This document shows, piece after piece, positions 17,987 through 26,340 of a stretch of DNA of 64,000 bases (the stretch's first letter is position 1; the number at the start of each line of letters is the position of its first letter). Position numbers and translations under genes: made by a program. Source of the DNA: a virus; the IMG/VR virus record IMGVR_UViG_3300034111_001103, positions 64,001 to 128,000 of that record, one strand, 5' to 3'. Under the pieces are notes generated by a model, which saw only the letters and a list, made by a program, of their open reading frames with translations, did not search any database and had not been told where the DNA came from.

Positions 17987-18571
17987 ATGATAAAATTATA
18001 TAAAGTAAACAATAAAGAAATAGGTATGCAAAAATTAACTTTTATAGAGTTAATCTTAATAAATATACCTATATCTATAGTACTTTTCTTATTATTTATA
18101 GCAATAGGTTCTTCAAACCCTAAAATAATAACTAAAACAACAACAAACACTACAATAATACATGATACTTTACAACAATTAGTTGTGCTCAGATCAGGTC
18201 TTACAGAAATAACCCTAGATAGAAATAAAAATATAGCTAAATTTTGCTATAATCCAGGTAATATAAGACCAGGAAATAAACAAATAGATGCTTTAGCAAT
18301 AGGCACAATAAGCTCTATAAATGGAGAATTTTTATACTTTCCCAGTGAAGAACAAGGATTTAAAGCTCTTGAAATTCTTCTACAAACTAAATATGCAGAA
18401 AATACTATACAAGAATGTATACAAAAATATGCTCCTCCTTGTGAAAACAATACCTCTAAATATATACAAGATATTTGTAACAAACTAAAAAAACCTTCTA
18501 CTACTAAGATAAAAGACTTAGATATTAAAAAACTATCTAAAGAAATAGCTATTATAGAAGGGTATTATTAA
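17987..18571 (+). CDS. membrane-anchored lysozyme-like (putative peptidoglycan hydrolase) protein
   Basis: N-terminal TM helix; NPGNIR..F.S.E.G..AL..KY..TI..I.KYAPP.ENNT..YI. Confidence 0.7.
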   Translation: MIKLYKVNNKEIGMQKLTFIELILINIPISIVLFLLFIAIGSSNPKIITKTTTNTTIIHDTLQQLVVLRSGLTEITLDRNKNIAKFCYNPGNIRPGNKQIDALAIGTISSINGEFLYFPSEEQGFKALEILLQTKYAENTIQECIQKYAPPCENNTSKYIQDICNKLKKPSTTKIKDLDIKKLSKEIAIIEGYY

Positions 18572-18591
18572 TAAAAATAAAACTTATAAAA

Positions 18592-18960
18592 ATGGAAAAA
18601 TACTTTTTATCTTATGATTTAGCTTCAGAAATAGAAAAATTAGGATTTAATGAATCTTGTTTAGGTAGATGGGTAATTGTTACAGAATGGGAAAACCCTA
18701 CAGGAGAAATTATATTTCAATTGGGAAGAGAAAAAGACAATAACAATACTACTAGATTTCAATATATAGCACCACTTTATCAACAAGTAATAGATTGGTT
18801 TGAAAAAGAACATAATATATTCATAGGTAGAACTTGTTATGATGATGGTAAAACTCCTAAAAGATGGGTATATCATGTAGATAGTTATTATGTACAAGAA
18901 CAATTTTATGATGGGGCTATAAGATATGCAATAGATAAAATTAAAAATACACAATTATGA
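18592..18960 (+). CDS. hypothetical phage protein
   Basis: LGFNE.C..APLYQQV.DWF motif. Confidence 0.75.
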   Translation: MEKYFLSYDLASEIEKLGFNESCLGRWVIVTEWENPTGEIIFQLGREKDNNNTTRFQYIAPLYQQVIDWFEKEHNIFIGRTCYDDGKTPKRWVYHVDSYYVQEQFYDGAIRYAIDKIKNTQL

Positions 18961-19205
18961 ATTATTTAGTAATAAAAGATGATACAATAATACAAGTTTG
19001 TACTTCTGTAGAAGATTTATTAGAATATCTAGAAGTAAATGTTACTGATAAAGGAATTGTAAAAATTGGTAATAATAATTTACCTACTACTTATAATATG
19101 AAAGAATATACTAAAGAAGAAATAATATCAGATATTATAAAATATAAATTAAAAACTATAGAATCTGTGTTAAAAATTGGTATTTATAAATTAGAAAGAA
19201 TATAA
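18957..19205 (+). CDS. hypothetical protein
   Basis: ORF with ATGA overlap. Confidence 0.65.
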   Translation: MNYLVIKDDTIIQVCTSVEDLLEYLEVNVTDKGIVKIGNNNLPTTYNMKEYTKEEIISDIIKYKLKTIESVLKIGIYKLERI

Positions 19206-19210
19206 AAATT

Positions 19211-19501
19211 ATGATAGATATAAATAAAGAAGCAGAAGAATATGCTAAACAATTTGATTATCCTGAAGATTCTGCTCCATCAACTTGTTTTATAGCAGGA
19301 GCAAACTCAAAATATGTAAAAGAACAAATAATACAAGCTAAAATAGATGTATTAGATAATTGTTTAGCTGATATGTATCTTTATTCTAGTTTTGAAAATG
19401 GATTTGAACAATATTCTGATGCTTATTATAATTTAGAAAATTCATATAAAAAAAGTTTAAATAAACTTAGAGAAGAATTAAAACAATTACAAGATGTATA
19501 A
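19211..19501 (+). CDS. hypothetical protein
   Basis: ORF track. Confidence 0.65.
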   Translation: MIDINKEAEEYAKQFDYPEDSAPSTCFIAGANSKYVKEQIIQAKIDVLDNCLADMYLYSSFENGFEQYSDAYYNLENSYKKSLNKLREELKQLQDV

Positions 19502-19742
19502 AGACAAATATATAACATCAGAAAAACTAGAAGGTACATTTAGACAAGATTTACCAATAGGTAATTTTTTAATACAAGGTTATTGTAGATTTGGTATAGA
19601 AGTAGGAAAGCCTATAGATTTATTTAGTCATCTTATAAAAGGAGTTAGACCAGATTGTTGGACTTCTATAGTTAAAGAAATAAATGGAGATATTATTAAG
19701 ACAGAAAATAGTATTTATAAGATTACAATAAAAGAAAAATAA
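19494..19742 (+). CDS. hypothetical protein
   Basis: TS.V.EI....IKTENSIY motif. Confidence 0.65.
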   Translation: MYKDKYITSEKLEGTFRQDLPIGNFLIQGYCRFGIEVGKPIDLFSHLIKGVRPDCWTSIVKEINGDIIKTENSIYKITIKEK

Positions 19743-19743
19743 A

Positions 19744-20328
19744 ATGACACAAAAAATTAGTAGAGTTAATCTCAAAGTCATCTATGACAATGTTTGTCAA
19801 GATTGGAAAAATATAATAACTGATATGTTATTATGGAATGTAGAAAGTTCTATAGAAATAGAAGAAGAAACTATCTTAAAAGGATATAATCAAGCAAATT
19901 CTGAACAAAAAATATTATTAGAAAAATACTTTAAAATAAACACACCTAAAGACTTAACAAAAACATTAAAAACTTGGAAAGATGTGTTAAAATATGCTAA
20001 AGAAAAAGGATATAACTTTAAGTTACCTTATTCTGAAAAAACTCAAGTAAAAGAAGAAATATCTTTAAATGCTTTATGTAAAATACATTTATTAGCTAAA
20101 GTATTTAATGAAGATTGGACAGCAAATTTTAAAGACTCAACTCAATACAAATATTATCCTTGGTTTGAAAGAAAAAGTTCTGGGTGGGTCTTTAGTGTTG
20201 TTTATTATCGGGCTTCTGTTTCTTCTAGTGGCTGGGGTGCTCTTTCATACTTTAAAAGTTCAGAAATAGTAAATTATATCGGTAACAATAAAGAATTTGT
20301 AAATATTTATAATGAATATTTACAATAA
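19744..20328 (+). CDS. DGR target protein 1
   Basis: Contains VR1 near the C-terminus; paralog of 21454..21948. Confidence 0.9.
   Translation: MTQKISRVNLKVIYDNVCQDWKNIITDMLLWNVESSIEIEEETILKGYNQANSEQKILLEKYFKINTPKDLTKTLKTWKDVLKYAKEKGYNFKLPYSEKTQVKEEISLNALCKIHLLAKVFNEDWTANFKDSTQYKYYPWFERKSSGWVFSVVYYRASVSSSGWGALSYFKSSEIVNYIGNNKEFVNIYNEYLQ
20178..20249 (+). repeat. variable repeat VR1
   Basis: Aligns to TR1 with 17 mismatches, all at TR adenines, plus a 3-nt insertion. Confidence 0.93.
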
Positions 20329-20347
20329 AGTTAATTATTTTATATTA

Positions 20348-20416
20348 TTCTAGGTAGGTCTTTAATGATGTTAATTATCAGAATTCTAATTCTAATAGCT
20401 AGAGTACTCTAACATA
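20348..20416 (+). repeat. template repeat TR1
   Basis: Intergenic, AAT-rich, 23 adenines; enclosed by a 13-bp IR 20328-20340/20431-20443. Confidence 0.93.
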
Positions 20417-20519
20417 TTTTGTATTTAAAGAAATAATTAACTTATCCTATAGGATAAAAATCAAGAAATATTTTAAAAAGTGTTTGGTAGGTCTATTCTC
20501 GAAGAACATTTAAATTAAT

Positions 20520-21470
20520 ATGAAAAGAATAGGAAATTTATACAATCAAATATGTGATAGAAATAATATAGAATTAGCTATAAAAAATTCACAAAAAAGT
20601 AAGAAGAAAAATAAGAATGTTATAGAATTTAACAAAAATTATGAAAATAATTTAGAAATTTTAATAAATTTACTAAAAGAAGAAAAATATGTTATTTCAG
20701 ACTATAAAATAAAATATATTAAAGATGGAAATAAAATAAGGGAGTTAAAGATACTCCCTTATTTTCCAGATAGAATTATACAACATTGTATATTAAATAT
20801 AATATCTTTTACGTTATTAAAAACTTTTCCTACTAATACTTATTCAGCAATTAAAAATAGAGGTATACATAAGTGTTTGTACAAGTTAAAAAGTATAATA
20901 AATAAGTATGACTATTGTTTAAAACTGGATATTAAAAAATATTATGAAAATATAGATAATGACATATTAAAATCTTTTCTTTTAAAAAAATTTAAAGATA
21001 AACAATTATTAGATTTACTTTTTCATATAATAGACAAAGAAAAGGGATGTGTAATTGGCTCTTATTTGTCACAATGGTTTGGTAATTTTTATTTATCTTA
21101 TTTTATACACTATTTAAATGATAAAAAAGATATTAAAGTTTTAGTTTATATGGATGATATTGTTATATTAGGTAATAGTAAACAATTATTGTATGATTTA
21201 AAGTTAGAAATAATAGAATATTTAAGAACTAAACTAAAGTTAGAATTAAGTAATCATCAAGTATTTTCTCTTACACAAGGTATAGATTTTTTAGGCTACA
21301 AAACATTTAAAACACACATTTTAATAAGGAAAAGAATAAAATTAAATTTTATTAAAATGATTAAAACAAATTATAATGAAAAGTCAATTAATAGTTATTT
21401 AGGTTGGCTTTGCCACGGAAATACATTAAATTTACAACAAAAATACATTAAAAATGCAAAAAACAATTAA
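20520..21470 (+). CDS. DGR reverse transcriptase
   Basis: DRIIQH, LKLDIKKYY, IGSYLSQ (DGR-type GxxxSQ), YMDD, GIDFLGY. Confidence 0.95.
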   Translation: MKRIGNLYNQICDRNNIELAIKNSQKSKKKNKNVIEFNKNYENNLEILINLLKEEKYVISDYKIKYIKDGNKIRELKILPYFPDRIIQHCILNIISFTLLKTFPTNTYSAIKNRGIHKCLYKLKSIINKYDYCLKLDIKKYYENIDNDILKSFLLKKFKDKQLLDLLFHIIDKEKGCVIGSYLSQWFGNFYLSYFIHYLNDKKDIKVLVYMDDIVILGNSKQLLYDLKLEIIEYLRTKLKLELSNHQVFSLTQGIDFLGYKTFKTHILIRKRIKLNFIKMIKTNYNEKSINSYLGWLCHGNTLNLQQKYIKNAKNN

Positions 21471-21948
21471 TTTAACAAAAAAAGAAGCTATTAAATTTTA
21501 TAATAGTGCACAAGATCAAGGATTTAAAGATTTATTAGAAACAAATTTTGGTAAAGATTTCTGGAAACAAGAAATTACAGATTTAGTATATGATTTAGAT
21601 TCTTTAAAAGAATATTGTAAAAATAACAATATATCTTTTTCTTTACCTTATCTTTGTGATACTCAAGATAGTTTAGAAAAAACATTAAATGCTACTTACA
21701 TATTAGCAAAAGTTGCTAAAATATATAATAAAGGAACTATTTTAAATTGGAAAAACAATAATGAATACAAGTATTTACCTTATTTATATTTTTCTGGTGG
21801 TTCTGGGGTTGCTGCTGGTGTTTCTTTTTATTGGGATTCTGATTTGTTTGCTTCTTATTGTTTGTACTATAAAAACTCAAATTTAAGCACAAAATCTTAT
21901 AATAACTTTAAAAAATATTGGGAAGATTATTGGGGAGTAGAACAATAA
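21454..21948 (+). CDS. DGR target protein 2
   Basis: Contains VR2; LPY..LNA..AK.YN..NW.N..EYKY.PY shared with target 1. Confidence 0.9.
   Translation: MQKTINLTKKEAIKFYNSAQDQGFKDLLETNFGKDFWKQEITDLVYDLDSLKEYCKNNNISFSLPYLCDTQDSLEKTLNATYILAKVAKIYNKGTILNWKNNNEYKYLPYLYFSGGSGVAAGVSFYWDSDLFASYCLYYKNSNLSTKSYNNFKKYWEDYWGVEQ
21790..21868 (+). repeat. variable repeat VR2
   Basis: Aligns to TR2 with 18 adenine mismatches, one C>T and a 3-nt insertion. Confidence 0.93.
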
Positions 21949-21971
21949 TATAAAAAAGAGATAAATAAATA

Positions 21972-22047
21972 TTTTCTAGTAGTTCTAGGGTTACTAATGA
22001 TTCTAATAATTGGAATTCTAATTTGAATACTCCTAATTGTTTAAACT
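21972..22047 (+). repeat. template repeat TR2
   Basis: Intergenic, 23 adenines; enclosed by an 11-bp IR 21959-21969/22067-22077. Confidence 0.93.
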
Positions 22048-22182
22048 TAATTATAATACAAACAATTTTATTTATCTTAACCTATTGGTTAAAAAAACAA
22101 GCAAAATCTTAAAACAAATCCCTTAGTACCTTTAGTGTGGAAAAGGGATTTTTTAATTAAGTACAAAAATATAAAGTAAAAT

Positions 22183-22368
22183 ATGGAATTACCAATATTA
22201 ATACCTACAATATATGTAGATACTCCAGAACATAAAAAAACTATTCAATATGGGAAATATTTAGTAGTAAGAAAAGATGGTAAAACTCACTTAGAAACAT
22301 TTAATGGAACTGGATGGGCTTATAATCATAATACTATTATAGCTTATTATTTACCTAAAATTAATTAA
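22183..22368 (+). CDS. hypothetical protein
   Basis: ORF track. Confidence 0.65.
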   Translation: MELPILIPTIYVDTPEHKKTIQYGKYLVVRKDGKTHLETFNGTGWAYNHNTIIAYYLPKIN

Positions 22369-22527
22369 AAATGAATTATTTAGATACATTAAAACAAAAA
22401 AAATCAATAGATACAGAGTATGAAACTCAAAAAGAGTTATTATTACAACAAATAACTAACATAAATACTCTATATAGTAAATATAATGGAGATTTTTTAA
22501 AAGAATTAAGTCAATTTACTAAAGATT

Positions 22528-23217
22528 ATGAAGAAAGAAGAAAAATTAAATTGGGACAACTTCTCACTGAAATTTCATCCAACTTGGAGAAACAAAATGA
22601 AAAAAATAGTGGAAAGCCCTCAATTATTTCAGATATTCCAAGAACTGAAGAAGCAATCTAGCCAAGGAAACAAATTATATCCTCAAAGTAAAGATATATT
22701 TGAATTTTTAAATTTTGATATATCTAAACTAAAAGTATTAATCTTAGGAGATATTCCTCATACCTATAGTAATGGGATATGGTTAGATTGTAGTAATAAC
22801 ACAATAGTTTCTAAAGATTTAGAATATTTTTATAATAATATAGAAAAAGATCTTTATAACCTAGATTTTAACTATGATAGAAACAATAAAAGTTTAGAAT
22901 ATCTTAAGGAACAAGGGGTTATATTATCTTCTTGTTCTTTAGTATCTAATAATATAGAACTTTTTAAGCTTTTTTGGAAGTTAATGTTTGAAGAAATCTT
23001 TAACACACAAGCAGGTTTACATATTATAGCTGTAGGAAAAGAAGCTCAAAAAATATTAGTAGAGAACTCAGAACCTTTTATACACTATACTTATTACCTA
23101 GAATCTTGGGATAAAACTCTAGAATATCCTAAATTTAATACTTTTTCTATTATAAATAAACTATTAGAAAAAGATAATGGTAAAGAATTTACAATACAAT
23201 GGCTAAAAACAATTTAA
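22528..23217 (+). CDS. uracil-DNA glycosylase-fold protein, catalytic motifs degenerate
   Basis: W..LYP..DIF, LKVLILGDIPH (cf. VKVVILGQDPY), L..QGVIL, terminal IQW; no HPS motif. Confidence 0.7.
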   Translation: MKKEEKLNWDNFSLKFHPTWRNKMKKIVESPQLFQIFQELKKQSSQGNKLYPQSKDIFEFLNFDISKLKVLILGDIPHTYSNGIWLDCSNNTIVSKDLEYFYNNIEKDLYNLDFNYDRNNKSLEYLKEQGVILSSCSLVSNNIELFKLFWKLMFEEIFNTQAGLHIIAVGKEAQKILVENSEPFIHYTYYLESWDKTLEYPKFNTFSIINKLLEKDNGKEFTIQWLKTI

Positions 23218-23388
23218 AACATCTATTATTAATACCTTGTATAATATTTATAACTCTAATAATGAAAGATTTGACAAATATTCCTTTAGTAAGAGATTGG
23301 TTATATTTTATATTATTAGAGTTTTTCTTACAAGTATATTATAATAGAATAGTAAAAGAAGATTTATAAATAATAAAATAAATAAAAA

Positions 23389-23694
23389 ATGAAACAAGTA
23401 AATATAAAAAAACAAAAAATAGTATTAACAGGATATTTATTTAATATATTACCTGGAATTTTAATAACAGATGATCATAAAGAACAATTTGAGTATCATT
23501 TTGAAAAAAAAGATATATTAGATATTATACTAGATAATATTTCTGACTATAACAGTAAAAAAACAGTAACTTTAGATAAGTTGACAAATCAAGAAATTAA
23601 CAAAGCTGTTTATATTTGTCAACAAATAGTTCAAGATGTAGACTATGCTAACAATTTATTTGCTTTGAGTAAAAAATATAGAGGTTTATTATAA
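23389..23694 (+). CDS. hypothetical protein
   Basis: ORF track. Confidence 0.7.
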   Translation: MKQVNIKKQKIVLTGYLFNILPGILITDDHKEQFEYHFEKKDILDIILDNISDYNSKKTVTLDKLTNQEINKAVYICQQIVQDVDYANNLFALSKKYRGLL

Positions 23695-24245
23695 TGAAAA
23701 CTATATTTTCAGATAAATCAAAGATAATTGACCTTTGGATAGAACAAAAACAAGATTTTGCTGGGACTCCTTTAAGTGTAATAACAGATAGTAGTATAAA
23801 ACAAAGAAGATTATTCTTTAAAGGAGATACTATTTATAGTTATAGAGAATCTTATCCTTTAGCTAGATTATTAGGAGATAAGATATATTTAAGAGAGGAA
23901 AATTATAGTAGAACAACAAGTAAACAAAAACTTTGTATACAAAGTAGGGCTTTAAAATATAATAAAAAAATAATATTTTCAGATGATTTGAAAAATGAAA
24001 ATATTAAAGATAAAAAATTACAAATTGCTTTAGAAAAATTATTAAAAGCTAGACTTTGGAAAGATTATTATATTTATGCTATTTCTAATTTAATAGCAAA
24101 TAATGAAAATAATCTTATAACTAAATCTAAATTTCCTTTATTATTTGATGAAAAACATGAAAAAGTAAAACAAATGTTATTTTCTCAAGATAATGAAACA
24201 GTTAATTTAGCAATAAAAATTATAAAACAAGAAAAACTAATATAA
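23694..24245 (+). CDS. hypothetical protein with C-terminal SxDxE motif
   Basis: IYSY..YSRTTSKQ phage motif; MLFSQDNETVNLAIKII. Confidence 0.75.
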   Translation: MKTIFSDKSKIIDLWIEQKQDFAGTPLSVITDSSIKQRRLFFKGDTIYSYRESYPLARLLGDKIYLREENYSRTTSKQKLCIQSRALKYNKKIIFSDDLKNENIKDKKLQIALEKLLKARLWKDYYIYAISNLIANNENNLITKSKFPLLFDEKHEKVKQMLFSQDNETVNLAIKIIKQEKLI

Positions 24246-24246
24246 T

Positions 24247-24504
24247 ATGTATGCAATAAAAGTAAAAAATAAAGATTTATATTTAAATCTTGATAGTCTA
24301 ATAGGATATTTTATATCTTCTTATCCTTATATAGCTTCTAAAAAACAAATAACAGATATTTTTTTAAATATTAATTCTGAAAAACCTTATTACGAAATTA
24401 ATTCTAATACAGAAGAATTAAGTTTTGAAGATGATATAAAAAATTATATATTAGAAAATATTGAAGATTTAGAAATTAAAGAAATAAAAATAGAATTAAT
24501 ATGA
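24247..24504 (+). CDS. hypothetical protein
   Basis: ORF track. Confidence 0.6.
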   Translation: MYAIKVKNKDLYLNLDSLIGYFISSYPYIASKKQITDIFLNINSEKPYYEINSNTEELSFEDDIKNYILENIEDLEIKEIKIELI

Positions 24505-24608
24505 CAAAATCAAATGAAAAAGAAGCTATCTCGTATTAAATAACAGAAATGTAGGATACTATCAACAAAAATAGTATTTTTGAGGATAATAATCAACAAT
24601 AATAAAAT

Positions 24609-24678
24609 AGTCAGGTGGCGTAAGGGAAACGCAGTCTCCACAAAGAAAGAAAGCAGGTTTGAATCCTTGTCCTGACTA
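24609..24678 (+). pseudogene. tRNA-like element with degenerate anticodon arm
   Basis: Acceptor AGTCAGG/CCTGACT, D-stem GCGT/ACGC, GGTTTGAATCC T-loop; no canonical anticodon stem. Confidence 0.6.
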
Positions 24679-24692
24679 CAAAAAATAAAAAA

Positions 24693-25058
24693 ATGATAAT
24701 ATTTAAATTTACACTATATACTTTAATTCTTAGTTATAGTCCTTGTGATGTATTTAAACATTTTAATGTAACTGAAATGCATGGTCTTAATTTAGTTGAT
24801 TGTGAAAAATACAATAACACTAATGAAGATGCTTATATAGCAGGTTTTTGTAATGTATCTCCTATTGATGGTAAACCATTTGTGTTTATAAATTTAAGTA
24901 GATGTAATAATGATGTTGAAACAACAGCATTAGTATTTCATGAGATGATGCATCTTTCAGGTATAAAATATAATGATGAATGGTTATCTAATGAAGAAAA
25001 TATGATAACATTTGCAGAAAATGAAACATATAAAGTTGTTAAACTAATTAAAAAATAA
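24693..25058 (+). CDS. putative zinc metalloprotease
   Basis: HEMMH (HExxH) plus downstream EE. Confidence 0.65.
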   Translation: MIIFKFTLYTLILSYSPCDVFKHFNVTEMHGLNLVDCEKYNNTNEDAYIAGFCNVSPIDGKPFVFINLSRCNNDVETTALVFHEMMHLSGIKYNDEWLSNEENMITFAENETYKVVKLIKK

Positions 25059-25061
25059 TAA

Positions 25062-25199
25062 AATGGAAAAATTTTAATTTTTAATTCTATTTCAGAAGCT
25101 TCTAAAATTTTAAATATTAACATTAGTAATATTTCTAGAATAGCAAAAGGAGAAAGAAAAACTAGTAAAAAATTAAATATGACATTTCAATTTATATAA
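25062..25199 (+). pseudogene. NUMOD1 remnant of a homing endonuclease
   Basis: Startless frame NGKILIFNSISEASKILNINISNISRIAKGERKT..FQFI*. Confidence 0.6.
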
Positions 25200-25218
25200 A
25201 TTATAAAAAAAAAAGAAT

Positions 25219-25611
25219 ATGAACCCACATTTGCATTCAAAATCCTCTGTAAAGCGTTGGGGAGGAAAAATAGAAGACTACATAGAATTACATAAATTTT
25301 TAGATAGTCCAAAATCTTGTATGAATAATAATACTTCTAGGATGTTAACACACAATACTTGGTTTATTTATGAAGTTATTCCTAGAGTATTTGGTTATAA
25401 TATAATAAACTCAGAAGGAAAATCTGTAGATACTGTAGATATAGCTATGTTACATGTGAGTGAAGACTTTAGACATAAATTTATACCTACTCCACAAGAT
25501 TATTTAAAAAATATGAAAATACAATCTTGGATGAATAATGGAGTAAAAGATATTGATAATCCTGATTCAATAGAATTAGCTAAAAAAGTAATAGAAAAAT
25601 GGAAAAATTAA
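25219..25611 (+). CDS. conserved phage protein (DUF6915-like)
   Basis: P..H..SS..RWGG..DY..LH.F.DS.K..HV.ED..IPT..DY. Confidence 0.75.
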   Translation: MNPHLHSKSSVKRWGGKIEDYIELHKFLDSPKSCMNNNTSRMLTHNTWFIYEVIPRVFGYNIINSEGKSVDTVDIAMLHVSEDFRHKFIPTPQDYLKNMKIQSWMNNGVKDIDNPDSIELAKKVIEKWKN

Positions 25612-25728
25612 TAAAAATTAAAAGATGGAATGGTTATTAGTAAAAATAAATAATGAAATAGATGTTATTTGGAATTGGGAAGTGTATAATATTAATTTAA
25701 AATGGAAATCTTGTAAAATAATTAAAAA

Positions 25729-26340
25729 ATGGAAGAATTAATAAAAGAATGGTTAGATAAAAAAATAGATAGAGCAGAATTTGAGTTTAGTTGTGGGGGA
25801 GATTCTATGAATAATATTTCTTTAATCTTCTTTGATAAAGAAAATAAAGAGGTTATTATGAGTGATGAAAGCAGAGAAACCCTAGATGATAATATTTATG
25901 AAAATGTAGAATTTTATGAAGACTCTGATGGACATTATCAAGGAGAATTTGGAAAAGTTTTAATTGAATTTGATGAAGAAGAAAATGAATTTAATTACAG
26001 TAAAAGTGCTACAGAAGAATGGTCAGAGTCTTTTACTGATATTATAAAATTAGAAATAACTCCAGAACTACATAAATTCTGTAAAGAGTATGTACTTGAA
26101 ATATCAGGAGAGTCTGATTTTTTAGATATTGAATATGCTAAAGATTTTTACATTAATTCAGAAAAATGTAAAATGCTTGAAGATATTCAAGAAATTATTA
26201 ATGAAGCTATTGATAATCATGAACCAGAAAATACATTAGCAGGAGAATTAGAAGATTATGTAAATATGTCTAACTTTGCAACTATTGATAACAATAAAAT
26301 AAAATTTAACTATGACTATGGAAAAACAGTTTATAATTAA
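25729..26340 (+). CDS. acidic conserved phage protein (DUF6878-like)
   Basis: FSCGGDSM motif. Confidence 0.7.
   Translation: MEELIKEWLDKKIDRAEFEFSCGGDSMNNISLIFFDKENKEVIMSDESRETLDDNIYENVEFYEDSDGHYQGEFGKVLIEFDEEENEFNYSKSATEEWSESFTDIIKLEITPELHKFCKEYVLEISGESDFLDIEYAKDFYINSEKCKMLEDIQEIINEAIDNHEPENTLAGELEDYVNMSNFATIDNNKIKFNYDYGKTVYN

Larger units (their letters stand above)
19744..22151 (+). mobile_element. diversity-generating retroelement with two target/template pairs and one RT
   Basis: Order target1(VR1)-TR1-RT-target2(VR2)-TR2. Confidence 0.93.

Noticed and set aside
20520-21470. Group II intron, retron or Abi-type RT
   Set aside because: Short RT with GxxxSQ, no maturase/endonuclease domain, and flanked by TR/VR pairs, so it is a DGR RT
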